DNA of 64,000 nt from contig NC_091477.1 of NCBI RefSeq assembly GCF_036971445.1, forward strand, positions 120,466,001-120,530,000, written 5' to 3'. Below the pieces are notes generated by a model that saw only the letters and a list, made by a program, of their open reading frames with translations, did no database searches and was not told the origin of the DNA. The first letter of the stretch is position 1. Each line of letters opens with the position of its first letter. Both the position numbers and the translations under genes were made by a program. Source of the stretch: Narcine bancroftii. Lineage: Eukaryota. Positions 13,542-27,293 of the stretch are shown here, piece by piece.

Positions 13542-14481
13542 TTCTTCTTTCTTTCTTTGGCTTGGCTTCGCGGACGAAGATTTATGGAGGGGGTAAAAAG
13601 TCCACGTCAGCTGCAGGCTCGTTTGTGGCTGACAAGTCCGATGCGGGACAGGCAGACACGGTTGCAGCGGTTGCAGGGGAGAATTGGTTGGTTGGGGTTG
13701 GGTGTTGGGTTTTTCCTCCTTTGCCTTTTGTCAGTGAGGTGGGCTCTGCGGTCTTCTTCAAAGGAGGTTGCTGCCCGCCAAACTGTGAGGCGCCAAGATG
13801 CACGGTTTGAGGCGTTATCAGCCCACTGGCGGTGGTCAATATGGCAGGCACCAAGAGATTTCTTTAGGCAGTCCTTGTACCTTTTCTTTGGCGCACCTCT
13901 GTCATGGTGGCCAGTGGAGAGCTCGCCATATAACACGATCTTGGGAAGGCGATGGTCCTCCATTCTGGAGACGTGACCCATCCAGCGCAGCTGGATCTTC
14001 AGCAGTGTGGACTCGATGCTGTCGACCTCTGCCATCTCGAGTACTTCGACGTTAGGGATGAAAGCGCTCCAATGGATGTTGAGGATGGAGTGGAGACAAT
14101 GCTGGTGGAAGCGTTCTAGGAGCCGTAGGTGATGCCGGTAGAGGACCCATGATTCGGAGCCGAATAGGAGTGTGGGTATGACAACGGCTCTGTATACGCT
14201 TATCTTTGTGAGGTTTTTCAGTTGGTTGTTTTTCCAGACTCTTTTGTGTAGTCTTCCAAAGGCGCTATTTGCCTTGGTGAGTCTGTTGTCTATCTCATTG
14301 TCGATCCTTGCATCTGATGAAATGGTGCAGCCGAGATAGGTAAACTGGTTGACCGTTTTGAGTTTTGTGTGCCCGATGGAGATGTGGGGGGGCTGGTAGT
14401 CATGGTGGGGAGCTGGCTGATGGAGGACCTCAGTTTTCTTCAGGCTGACTTCCAGGCCAAACATTTTGGCAGTTTCCGCAA
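13542..14481 (-). mobile_element. RTE-clade LINE, 5'-truncated young copy 2
   Basis: Intact 285-aa RT C-terminal frame; flanked by (ta)caacatt on both sides (probable TSD). Confidence 0.95.
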
Positions 14482-17080
14482 CATTACAACATTACAACAT
14501 AGAATACACCCCTGGAACATGGGAGGAAACTGGAACACTCAGCGGAAACCCACACAGACATGGGGAGAACATACAAACCCAATGCAGACATCGCCAGATT
14601 TGAACCCAGGTTGCTAATTACTACCCTAACTTAATCGCCTCGAGAGTTGACTTGCTAGATTGCTCGCTGAAGAATCCTTCATACTGTATGTATTATATTT
14701 GACAATAAAACTGAATTTCCCTTGATGCAATTGTTTTGTAGCTTCTGGGCTGAAAGACTTGGCTTAGGCCAAATTCACACCTGTTTGTCCTTATACAACC
14801 ATGGATCTCATTTCCCTCTCTCCATCCCATGAATTTCTTCCAAAATCCTATCAAGTTAAATCAAATGAACTTTTTAAACCTTCTGCAGCATGGAAAATGC
14901 CACCAAGCAATGTCCTCTGGGTGTAAAGAATGGTTAAAACAACACAGGGCAGGAAGAGGGAGTCGTAAGGCTAATATGTCATAGAACTATAGAACGCTGC
15001 AGCACAGAAATATGTCCTTTGGCCCATCTTGTCTGTGCTGAAAGATTATGCTGCCGAGCCTCATTGACTTGCACCCAAACCATAGTCTTCCTGTGTCTGT
15101 CCAAATTTTTCTTAAAGGTCGAAATTTAAGCTGCAATCACTACTTCAGCAGGCAGCTCATTCCACACTCGACCACTCTCTGCGTGAAGAAGTTTCCTTTA
15201 AACATTTCATCTTTCATTCTTAATCCAGCTCTTTTCTCGCCTAATCTCAGCGGAAAAAGCCTGCTGGTATTTACCCAATCTATTCTCCTTGTACAACTCT
15301 ATCAAATCTCCCCTCATTCTCCCATTGCACTACAATCACAGCATCTGCAGACTCTCCTGTTTAACCCTTCATTCTCTGATGTTCCAGGGAACAAAGTCCT
15401 CACCCATTTAACTCAGCTCCTCAGCTCCTGGCAATGATCTTCCGACCTTTCCTCTGAATCCTTCTCTCTCAGTTGAAATGATAGTGGCAGCTAAGCCACG
15501 GTCCTGTCTTGAGTGTGTGCGCCTGGGCCCAGGCTACCGCTGAAAATTCCCTGTCAGCCATCATGCGAGTGGACTAACAGAGTATAATATAATGATGAGG
15601 TAAACAAGAAGTCTGCAGATGTTGAAAAGCTGGAGCAACACCCAAAGAAAGGACAGGAGGAAATCAGTTTCTTTATGAAGCATTTTGGCCCGAACCTTCC
15701 ACTGATGCTGTCTGACCCATTGAGTTCCTCCAGCACTCTGTGTGTTGCTCCAGCTGGACTGATTTTGGATTCCCAGAGAAATAGAGTCTGAAATAGGTCC
15801 TTCAACAAAATAAGTTCCTGCCAACCATCAAGCACTTATTTTGCTGCTCGTGCGGACCCAGCCCATGTTATTCTCCCCTCACTGCCCTGAACTACCCCCA
15901 GATTCTATCCTCACCTGCACACTCGGGAGGGATTGACAATGGACAATTTTTGGGATGTGGGAGGGACCTGTGACACCTGGGAGAAACATGCAAACTCCAC
16001 GCAGACAGCACCTGAGGTCAGGATTGAACCTGCTTTACTGAAACAGTGTGACAGCGGCTCTACTCAATGTTCCATTGCGCCTTTGGACATAGATCAGCGC
16101 AACACAGGGAGGCTCTTCGTTCACATATCGGTGCAGAGCATGATGCCCAAGTTAAACTAAGACCCTGCATGCTGGCACATGATCCCTATCCCTCTGCCCC
16201 CTGCATATTCAAGAATCTGGCTTGAAGCTCTTTAAGCACTAGTACAGTATCTGCATAAACTTAACAAAACAATTAATGTGCGGAGGGGAAGTGAGAACCT
16301 GTGCTATATCATTATTATTATTCATGATCCAATTGCCTTTGGCCACAGTTCAGCATAAAAGGGAAGTCACCGTAAATGGTCAGTTTGCATGCAATGTGCA
16401 CTTCATCAAAAAGTGAATAAATGAACTTCATTTCCAGTCTCTCTACAATAAACGCAGAGGATTTGTTTCAATGGATTGTGTTGCTTTGACCTGAAGGGCT
16501 AGGTTGGTGTCCAGAGACCAAACCTTTGATTTGATCAGTTTCCAAAGCGCTGAAGAACAAAATGAGACAATGCCATTAGGAGATGCAGCTTTGCAGTTAG
16601 GGCCTGTGCTGTAATTAAAACCAAAATGCTTTCATCTCTGCCTGGAGGCCATTCAGGCAATTTACAATAACTTTGGCAAACAACGAACTTTGAATCCCTC
16701 AGCTCCCCAATCCTAAATTTTCAAATAAACATTAATAAAGTGTACATTAAACTGAAGTGGTGCTTGGGCTGGGAGTGCAGGGGAATAGGATTTCATGCTT
16801 GCTGCTCTCATTGAGTTGTTGTAGCCGATTATGGTCTAAAAAAGCTGGTTTAATTCATCATTTGAAAAAGTTTACCTGAAGGATTTCTATGTTATTCCCT
16901 TAGTGCAACCAGGTTTAATTAAAAAATATAAAATATATTCCGATCATCGCAACATGTAATAAGCAGAAAATCTGGAGGCGGCCTGATGTCAAAAAAGGGA
17001 AAATATAAAATGACATTTCAAGTTGGTTAAAAAGATGAGCAATTTTCATTTCTGTTGGACCTTTCATGAACCCAAGATCC

Positions 17081-17847
17081 TTCTTTTTCTTTTTCTTTGG
17101 CTTGGCTTCGCGGACGAAGATTTATGGAGGGGGTAAAAAGTCTACGTCAGCTGCAGGCTCGTTTGTGGCTGACAAGTCTGATGCGGGACAGGCAGACACG
17201 ATTGCAGCGGTTGCAAGGGAAAATTGGTTGGTTGGGGTTGGGTGTTGGGTTTTTCCTCCTTTGCCTTTTGTCAGTGAGGTGGGCTCTGCGGTCTTCTTCA
17301 AAGGAGGCTGCTGCCCGCCAAACTGTGAGGCGCCAAGATGCACGGTTTGAGGCGTTATCAGCCCACTGGCGGTGGTCAATGTGGCAGGCACCAAGAGATT
17401 TCTTTAGGCAGTCCTTGTACCTTTTCTTTGGTGCACCTCTGTCACGGTGGCCAGTGGAGAGCTCGCCATATAACACGATCTTGGGAAGGCGATGGTCCTC
17501 CATTCTGGAGACGTGACCCATCCAGCGCAGCTGGATCTTCAGCAGCGTGGACTCGATGCTGTCGACCTCTGCCATCTCGAGTACTTCAACGTTAGGGGTG
17601 TAAGCGCTCCAATGGATGTTGAGGATGGAGCGGAGACAACGCTGGTGGAAGCGTTCTAGGAGCCGTAGGTGGTGCCGGTAGAGGACCCATGATTCGGAGC
17701 CGAACAGGAGTGTGGGTATGACAACGGCTCTGTATACGCTTATCTTTGTGAGGTTTTTCAGTTGGTTGTTTTTCCAGACTCTTTTGTGTAGTCTTCCAAA
17801 GGCGCTATTTGCCTTGGCGAGTCTGTTGTCTATCTCATTGTCGATCC
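17081..17847 (-). mobile_element. RTE-clade LINE, 5'-truncated young copy 3
   Basis: Near-identical to the other copies; (AAAAAG)n tail. Confidence 0.95.
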
Positions 17848-18399
17848 AACCCACAAATATTTTGCATTTCTAATTGTTGGTGATTTAGTTTCCCAAAAAA
17901 TGAATGAGAGTTTTATTGTCAAATACATAAGTACAATGTACAGAAGCAAATAAAGTATGACTTGCTGCAGTTTCCTAGTTGCATCAAGGTTCAAAGGTTC
18001 CTTTAATTGCCACAGAATAATACATTGGGCAGCATGGTTAGCGCAACACTGTTACAGTGCCAGCTACTGGGATTCGAATCCAGTGCTTGTCTGTAAGGAG
18101 TTTGTACATTCTCCCCACGTCTGCATGAGTTTCCTCTGGCTGCTCCAGTTTCCTTCCACCATTCAAAGCGTACCGAGGATTGTAGGCCAATTGGGCAACA
18201 TGGGCTCATGGGCCGAAAGGGCCTGTAAACATGCTGTAGGTCTAAATTTAAAAAAATTAAAATAAACGTAATATGTATGGTGTACTTCAACTTTTGTCTG
18301 CTGTAAGGTGAAGAAAGAGTCACCATGATCATTGCCTGGTGCCCCTAGCAATAGGAGAAAGAGAAGCAAATGAGAGTCACATATTAATTCTAATACCAT

Positions 18400-19190
18400 C
18401 TAGAAGTTTGCCGATGACACCACAGTTGTCGGAAGAATCACAAACGGCAATGAGGAAGTGTGCAGGAGGGAGAGGGTTCAGCTCATGGAATGGTGTAATG
18501 ACAGCAACCTTGCCTTCAACGTCTGCAAAACCAAGGAGATTATTGTGCACTTAAGGAAGAAGTCGGGGGAAAATGTCCCAGTTTTCATCGAGGGCTCATT
18601 AATGGAGGGGGTCAAGAACTTCAAATTTCTGGGTGTCATCATCTCCAAGGATCTGTCCTGGAGCCAGTATGATAATGCAATCGCAAAGAAGGCTCACCAG
18701 CGGCTCTACTTTGTGAGGTGTCTGAGGAGATTTGCTACGTCACCGATGACTCTTGTAAACTTCTACAGGTGTATCGTAGAGAGCATTCAGGCTGGTTGCA
18801 TCACTGCCTGGTATGAAGGCACTAACTCTCAGGACAAGAATAAACTCCAGAGGGTTGTTAACTTGACCTGCAACATCACAGGCACAAGACTTCACTCTAT
18901 CGAGGACATCTAACTTAAAAAAGCAGCCCCTATCCTCAAAGACCCCCAACACCCAGACCATGGCCTCTTCACTCTGCTACAATTAGGGAAAAAGTACAGG
19001 AGCCTAAAGACAAGCACTCAGTGGCACAAGGGCAGCTTCTTCCCCACTGCCATCAGATTCCTGAATAATCAGTGAACCAAAGACACTGCCTTACTTTTTG
19101 TGCATTTTTTAAATATAGCAATGTTTTAGGATGGTTATAATATGAATATTTGATCGATGATACTTCAGCAAAACACTGAATTTCATGGTC
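18400..19190 (+). mobile_element. Rex1/Babar LINE, 5'-truncated
   Basis: KFADDTTVVGRI..WCNDSNLAFNVCKTKEIIV..KAHQRLYFVRCLRRF. Confidence 0.9.
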
Positions 19191-19400
19191 TGAACAATTT
19201 ACAAATAATTAAGCCACTGCAAAGAGAAAAAATATATATAAAAGGAAGAGAACATAAATTAAATATGAAATATTGATATAGTTGAGCCAGCAGGAAATAA
19301 TTGTGTCGTGTCAGTCACATAGGCAGATCTTTGTTCGTCTTTGAGTCGTATTCTGGTTCAAGTGAATATGGGAGGTTTAAGAGCCTGATAATGTTGGGGA

Positions 19401-19453
19401 GCCTGCAGCTGACGTGGACATTACCCCTCCATAAATCTTCGTCCAAGCCAAAG
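19401..19453 (+). mobile_element. Minimal ~53-bp RTE 3' end with 11-bp TSD
   Basis: RTE 3' UTR flanked by aatgttgggga at 19390-19400 and 19454-19464. Confidence 0.85.
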
Positions 19454-20319
19454 AATGTTGGGGAAAAAAATGTTCTTGAACCTGAATTAATCAGATGATT
19501 TTTAAATGATATGCTTTAAAAAAAAATGTACCAATACTTGAATCTAAATTCTATGGATTGAACTTACTGGATTTGAATATCTTTGAATGTTCTACTTAAT
19601 TTAAAAAGAAACATAATAAGGATTGGCCTTGGCCCTCATTTCACCAAGTATTTCTTCATTTGCTTGACAGAGTGCAGACACCAGATGGCGCTACATTGCA
19701 CTGCACATCAATCACCTGGCTGCAAGGCTGAGTCCCAATTGCTTTCTGAAGAAGTTAATGTTCTCGAATCTGAGGACCTGCAGCATAATTGTGCCTGCAA
19801 ACTCGACATGACATTCACTCACCTCTGGCAGAACGTTTCCACACTTTTTTCCGAGAGACTGCAGATGCTGGAATCTAGAGTAAAAGATAACCCTCTGGAA
19901 AGTCTCCCTTCGATGAGCCCCTCAGCTCTGTCCACTTCAACCACGTAGATCTCCCAGTGGCCACCCATTTCAATTCCCCATTCCATTTCCTTGCTGAGAT
20001 TTCAGTCCATGGTCTTGTGCACCAATCTTGACCTCTGTACCCAATTGGTACAGCTGTTGTTTAATGTCCACAATAAGCCACCTTGAACCCAGAGAATCTA
20101 AGAATCCTAGAAGTGTGACTAGTCTATCCATTCTATTCGATACATTTGAAGTACTGATCAGCCTTACTCCTCTGAATCTAGGTCAGCTACAGTGGAGACA
20201 TGCACAGTCCCATTTCTCGGCACTTTCCCCAAAGTCCTATGTTATGTATCCCTGCAGTCTCAATCTAATTTTCTGAAAGAAATTATTAGAGCCAATCCAT
20301 CTTGGGTTTAACCATGGAA

Positions 20320-20970
20320 TGTAGAATACAGTATAGGAGCAGATGCTTTACCCACGATGCCTGCGCTAAACATGATGTAAAATGAATCTGAATTCCTTCT
20401 GCCTGCATGTGATCCATATCCTTCCATTCTCTGCATAATAATGCAGCTATCGAAAATACCTTAGAATCTCCTATCTGCATCTACCACAACCTCCTTGCAG
20501 CATATTTCGGCACCCACACAGTATAAGATGTCCCAGACATCTTCCTTAACCACCTTTGATAAATCTCCTAGATTTTCTCACGTTGGGAAAATGCTTCTGC
20601 CTCCCCTATCCACACCCATAATAATTTTATAAACATCCATCAGGTCTCCTCTCAGCCTTTGACACTCCAAAGAAAACACCACAAGTTTTTTCAACCTCTT
20701 CTTGTAACTCATGCCCTCTAATCTAGGGAGCATCTTGATAAATTTCTTCTGTTACCTTTCCAAAGTTTCCATGTCCTTCCTGTAATGGGAGGCCAGAATT
20801 GTTTGTAGGTGCAGTCCAATTAAAGGTTATACCTCTGCAACATGTCTGCCCAAATAAAGGAAGCATGTCATTCGCCTTCTTTACAACCCCATGTACTTTC
20901 ATGGCCAATTTTAATGAGTTATGAGCCTGAATCCCCATAACCCTTTGTACATCAATGCTTCTAAAGGTTT
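20320..20970 (-). mobile_element. CR1-type LINE fragment, old
   Basis: Degenerate ORF2 C-terminal motifs. Confidence 0.6.
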
Positions 20971-21041
20971 AGCGGAAAAGCATTAATCATGGAAATCTAA
21001 CCGGAAAAATACCCTTCCTTTACTACCACCTATATGATTGT

Positions 21042-22161
21042 CTTCTTTGGCTTGGCTTCGCGGACGAAGATTTATGGAGGGGGTAAAAAGTCCACGTCAG
21101 CTGCAGGCTCGTTTGTGGCTGACAAGTCCGATGCGGGACAGGCAGACACGATTGCAGCGGTTGCAGGGGAAAATTGGTTGGTTGGGGTTGGGTGTTGGGT
21201 TTTTCCTCCTTTGCCTTTTGTCAGTGAGGTGGGCTCTGCGGTCTTCTTCAAAGGAGGCTGCTGCCCGCCAAACTGTGAGGCGCCAAGATGCACGGTTTGA
21301 GGCGTTATCAGCCCACTGGCGGTGGTCAATGTGGCAGGCACCAAGAGATTTCTTTAGGCAATCCTTGTACCTTTTCTTTGGTGCACCTCTGTCACGGTGG
21401 CCAGTGGAGAGCTCGCCATATAACACGATCTTGGGAAGGCGATGGTCCTCCATTCTGGAGACGTGACCCATCCAGCGCAGCTGGATCTTCAGCAGCGTGG
21501 ACTCGATGCTGTCGACCTCTGCCATCTCGAGTACTTCGACGTTAGGGATGTAAGTGCTCCAATGGATGTTGAGGATGGAGCGGAGACAACGCTGGTGGAA
21601 GCGTTCTAGGAGCCGTAGGTGGTGCCGGTAGAGGACCCATGATTCGGAGCCGAACAGGAGTGTGGGTATGACAACGGCTCTGTATACGCTTATCTTTGTG
21701 AGGTTTTTCAGTTGGTTGTTTTTCCAGACTCTTTTGTGTAGTCTTCCAAAGGCGCTATTTGCCTTGGCGAGTCTGTTGTCTATCTCATTGTCGATCCTTG
21801 CATCTGATGAAATGGTGCAGCCGAGATAGGTAAACTGGTTGACCGTTTTGAGTTTTGTGTGCCCGATGGAGATGTGGGGGGGCTGGTAATCATGGTGGGG
21901 AGCTGGCTGATGGAGGACCTCAGTTTTCTTCAGGCTGACTTCCAGGCCAAACATTTTGGCAGTTTCCGCAAAGCAGGACGTCAAGCGCTGAAGAGCTGGC
22001 TCTGAATGGGCAACTAAAGCGGCATCGTCTGCAAAGAGTAGTTCGCGGACAAGTTTCTCTTGTGTCTTGGTGTGAGCTTGCAGGCGCCTCAGATTGAAGA
22101 GACTGCCATCCGTGCGGTACCGGATGTAAACAGCGTCTTCATTGTTGGGGTCTTTCATGGC
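21042..22161 (-). mobile_element. RTE-clade LINE, longest copy (4), including the RT catalytic motif
   Basis: 353-aa open frame with LLFADDAALVAH; TSD tgattgt at 21035-21041 and 22164-22170. Confidence 0.95.
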
Positions 22162-22669
22162 ATTGATTGTATTAAGTAAGGAAATCTACAGACGCTAGAG
22201 TCAAATGCAAAATACAAAAGAAGTAGAGTAGCTCAGCAGGTTATGCAGCATTCATGAGAAGTAAAGGGTAATCGTGAAGAAGTATTCAATTATAAAGATT
22301 AATTTGATGCGGCTGAATTATGATGATTCAAAGAGGGATTTTATCAGCATGGAATCTGCAGACACAACAGAAAAAAAAGTTCCCAAGAGGAGAATATTTT
22401 TGTATTCAACAGATGGTCTTGCTTTAAGAAAGAAATGTAATTGAAATACCAAAAATACACAAGCAAAACTAGATAAATGTGAGATGCGGTGCCAATGTAG
22501 AACCAAAATAAGATGAGAAAATGGTACATTAGAATTAAAATTGGTTAGTTCTAACAAAAATCTTCTTTGAGACCAAGTTGTTGAAGCATGCAGATACCCA
22601 CAAAACAAATGAAGACGACACTTCATTATTTCGCTGTATTTCATAATCACCCATCGACTGTCTGGCCAA

Positions 22670-22940
22670 ACACTGCTCTACCTCCATTTACAAATTTGCA
22701 GGTGACATCACCATCGTAGGCTGCATCTTAACCAATAACGTAATGGAGTACGAGAAGGAGATACAGAGCCTTTGAGCATGGTGTCAGAAGAACATTAATG
22801 TCAGCAAGTAAAAGGCAGTGGACATTATGATCAGGAAATGAGAGAGAGAATACTCTCCATCTGTATCAATGGTCTTGTGATGGAAATTGCAGGGAATCTT
22901 AAGTGTTTAGGCATAAATATCACCAATAACACTGGACAAC
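22670..22940 (+). mobile_element. Rex1/Babar RT fragment, degenerate
   Basis: IYKFAGDITIVG..WCQ motifs. Confidence 0.6.
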
Positions 22941-23618
22941 CATTTTTGTTTAAGTAACCATTCATCTTGGTGAATATCTATTGCTGCTGGGTTTATGGGT
23001 CCTCTGGGCTTGTAACAGCTCCAAATCTAATTTCCCCAAATTCCTTTCGGACAATGACACCTGAAATTAAAATAATTAATTAAGGTTAAAAAAATTACAG
23101 TAATTGTAACTGTAAAGAACGATATTCCCACAAAATAAAAAAGGACCGAATTCACCGATGTGTTTTCAATGGAGCAAAGCTTGTTTTGCTTAATGGTTTA
23201 TCTACCTTATCGGTGAACAACGACCTGGTTGTTTAAATCTACTATGTGCCCCCCCCCCCCCCCCCACCACCCACACCTGTTTCTTAACCAGCGAAGGGGA
23301 AGCTAAAACTCGATGACACGGATTTAAGGTGCGAGTAGAAAGATATAAAAGGGATCGGAGTTACCTTCTTCGCACAGAGGTCGATGCGTACATGGAACGA
23401 GTATCCAGAGGAAGTGATAGAAGTTGGAACATTCAAAACATACAATTAGTTACATGATGAAATACGCGAAGAGATAATAGGGTTCGAATACAGGGAAAAT
23501 GGGATTGACTTGGTCGGATGGACAAGTTGGGGCGAAGAGCTTGTTTCTGTGCTGTAGAACGTTATGAGATTAATTTACAGCCGGGTAAACCCTCCTGAAT
23601 TTGTCTGGTTGAATACAG

Positions 23619-26600
23619 GTTAGCTATTTCTCAACGTGTGTCTCAACAACAAGAACGAATATCCCACATATCACAGAACAATATCAAGCTATGACTCTCC
23701 ATCCAAGGCGTTGGTAGAACTGGTGAAGAGGTTTCGATGGATTTGGATTGGGAACATTAAGAGCCACGATGACTATGGCAACTCGGGGCTGAGAGCTTTT
23801 GAGCTCTGAGAATTTGGTATCTGCATGGTCTTTTCTGAATGAGTCGACAAGACGGGTCGCGCGGGAAAGATCAGCCAGATTGTTCATCTTGCTTGAGGAG
23901 ATTTGACGACAAAACCTCACGGGCATAGAGTGGGTGGGCAGAGAAGCCTGGTTTACAACGGAGATTATTGTTGCCGATAAACTCCCGGGATTCCATCCCG
24001 GCGCAATTGGAACGGCAGTGCGCGCAGGAGACGTTCCCGGAGTTCAGGACTTCCTTCTCTCAGTCCATCCTTCGGCTTATCCCTGTAATTCCTTTAGTGA
24101 GAGAGTTCTGGCAAACCACTTTCAGATTTTCTCCAAGTTCAGGAATCGTTACAAACTGAATAGGTTCATTCGCTCTACTCCCGCGGTGTACCGGGAAGGA
24201 GAGTTTGTATCAAGTAAAGAACGGCTATACCGACCTATCCTTGTTCTCTATTTTTGCTCATGCACTTAACGATTTGTAATCGTGTGAATAAGGCAAAGGA
24301 CCATGCATGAACAATACACGAGCTCAGATTTCAACCTTTCGACCGTGGCAGGTAGGTAAATCCATTCAATCTCATCCATTTTTAAAATTTAATTTAAAAA
24401 AAATTACGGTAACAGGGCCATTCGTCCCTCGAGCCCGTGCCATCCAATTGATCTCCACCCCCCGTCCGCTTTTAAAGGGCAGATGAGCCCGGAGCTCTCG
24501 TTGAAAACTCATGCAGACTCGGGGAGAACGTGTCAACTCATTGCAGACAGCGCGGGATTCGAACGCGATCGCGATAGTTGGCTCTGCGACAGCACTTATT
24601 TGAAGACAAATCTCAGCAGCGAAACGAACTGGTCATGTCCTGTTTCAGATTGTTCACTCGATAAACCTTGAATATTTTCCACCATGGTAATCGGTCTGAA
24701 TTTTTAAAAATCTAGTCCGTTACGTGAAATCTATGTATTTCATAACGGCGCTTGGTAAGAAGGTGCATTTTGGTCAACTTGCAAATGAAGGCAAACGGAA
24801 GCCTTGAAGTAAGAAGAGTTAAGAACAGCTGGATATTCCAATGGTTCAGTATCTCCGGGTAAAGAAGTTGCGCTGATTGCAAATCCTATTGTCTGCAGGT
24901 GTGATTTCCAATGGACCCTGACCAATTTTGCTGTATGTTTTGGTTGTTATCTAATCATAAATATCCGGTCTTTAATAGTAAGACAACGAGAAGCACAAAA
25001 ATAATTCAACTTTACTGCATTAAACGTACTTGGAGAAGGAATACATTTAAATCCAATGACGACGTTAAATATGGGGTTCAACAAATTCTGACCTGGCGCA
25101 AAATGAAGGGCAGTAACTGGATATGATAATAATACCACAAAATTATAGACTCGGGAATACAAAGCCCCATTCAAGATGAATTGTGAAAACGACAGCCACA
25201 ACGAGGATGATGTATTTAATTCAGGGCAGGACAGAGTAAATGGCTGGGCCATGGGAAGTTGTAGAACGGAGAGTCCATCGTTCAGTGAAAGTGGCGGCAT
25301 CGTTGGACAGGAAGGCGACGAAGACATTTCGTTGAAGAAATGGGACGTCATGTTCCAGTTTGAGAAGATGGTGAAACCCCAGTTGGAATATTGGTGCAGT
25401 GGTGGTCGCCTTAGAATAAGAATCTGCGGTGAAGGGAGGCTGACGCCTTATCATGAAGAACACCCACAAGGCCAGGCAAGTGCAGCCCGAGAGGGCGTAG
25501 ATTCGAGGGGAAAGATGAGGCCAGATTTATGCATCAATATTATGTTGTTTCATGATAACATAACATGCTGTTTATTATTGAATCAAGAGTAACCCGAGGA
25601 AGACCGTTAATGCAATCATTTAATGGACTACAGAGTCATTTACCTGCTCGAAACACATCCAACGGCAACCCTCGGCATTAGAAATAGAACAGGAGAAAGG
25701 TGCTTAAGGTATATTAGGCTTCGAGGTTGGGGCCATTAATAATCATGTTAAGTTCCAAGAAACTTCCATCAGTGAAGGTTATGGGATCGCAGAAAATTTC
25801 CGTGCAATAGGAGGGCATTCGGACACCGAAATGGAAAGGATGAAAGAATCTTTGCTTTGCTTTTCCTCCGTGCAGTCTGCCCCCTAGCACAAGAGAAAAC
25901 GACCCGGAAAGGACAGCCAGTGTGTTGTTTCGACTGCATATCCTGTGCGGGTGGGCAAAGTAGAAACACCACAGGTGAGCGGAAATATAATTTGGGCTGG
26001 GATACGTTTCCTGAGAGTTTATTAGCATGTATTTCACAACTATAGTTGATCTTTTTTTTTCAGACACCCCAGACTGCATCGAGTGTCCTCCACGCTTCTG
26101 GCCCAATGACCAGAAAATCCAATGTATACCGAAGAATGTAGAATTTCTCTCTTTTAACGAAATCTTGGGCATGGTGTTGGCCATTCTCGCTCTGAGTGGA
26201 GTGTGCACGTCTGGATGTTCAGCGGTTCTTTTCTTTAGATATCGAGAAATACCTCTAGTTAAAGCTAACAATTCTGAGCTGAGCTTCGTCCTCTTGTTTG
26301 CATTAACCTGCTGTTTCTTTGTGCTCTGTTACATTCATTAGCGAACCTTCAGATCGGTCACATCATTCGGTGTCCCATTTGTCTTGTGTCAAGACCGTTC
26401 TGGTAATGATTGCATTTAAAGCCACGTACCCCAGCAATAACTGGATGAAATGGTTTGGTCAAAACCAGAGGGTAAGAGTTCTATTCCTTGTATTTAATAT
26501 GCATCCTTTGGCTGATCACTGCGCTGCCATGTCCTGTCTTGGACACTAAGTATTACATGGAGCTGATCATAACCCTGCCTCGGGTTATATCGTCTTGGCC

Positions 26601-26790
26601 TTCCTCGAGCCGAAGCTACCGGACAATTTTAACGAGGCAAAGTGTATAACTTTCAGTATGAGGTCTGGATCACTTTTATTCCGACTTCATTGAGCCCTCC
26701 GGGGAAGTTCACAGTGGCAGCTGAAAGTTTTGCATTGCTGCTTTGCATTGTTCCTCCCGAACAAAACACAAAAACACATCATGGGTAAAA
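23619..26790 (+). pseudogene. V2R/OlfC (CaSR-like class C GPCR) pseudogene A: exon 3 23619-24351, exon 4 remnant ~24715-24910, exon 5 ~25862-25974, exon 6 26064-~26790
   Basis: [31 protein letters not shown] and KLPDNFNEAKCITFSM motifs with many frameshifts, deletions and stops; splice sites AG|GTT, CAG|GTAGGT and ACAG|GTGAG retained. Confidence 0.9.
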
Positions 26791-27117
26791 TTGATAAAGG
26801 GCCCTGAGCCTTGTTACTCTTTATATGTCCTGACTCTTCAATTGCCGGTTTCTACCTGCAGCAGTTTATGAACATTCCTTCATCATTTGACTTCTGGTGC
26901 TCTTGTGCATCTGTTATCAACAGGAATCCTACCCCTTGGTGGTGGGGGGAGGGGGGGGGGAGACAAAGCACATCAAAGTCTTCTTTTCATTTCACGTCAC
27001 ATAAATCATTTTATGTAGTCGGTAGGAAAGAAGCTTAGAAGAATCCAAAAATTTTCTGCTTCATAGGGAAGGGGCCCCATGAACTTTCAGCAGCTTTTTA
27101 AGGGGCTCAAAAACCCG

Positions 27118-27293
27118 TGCTGAGGGTCCACGTGACGCCCAGGTGACGTTAGCGCCCTCCAGCGCAGTTCTCAGCCAGGTCCGGGCTGGGAGTATAAGTG
27201 CAGCCCAGCAGCCTGCAATAAACGAGTCTGCTCACTGAGCCCAACCCGTCTGGTTGTGTGTGTTATTGCAGGATCAGTGTAGCCGCCGCTACA
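27118..27293 (+). mobile_element. LTR fragment (solo LTR, 5' end uncertain)
   Basis: TATAAG, then AATAAA, then a GT-rich tract and terminal ..tgtagccgccgctaCA. Confidence 0.55.

Noticed and set aside
22955-23015. Possible exon 2 remnant of pseudogene A (SIAAGFMGPLGL resembles [13 protein letters not shown])
   Set aside because: Too short and degenerate to support without an alignment statistic
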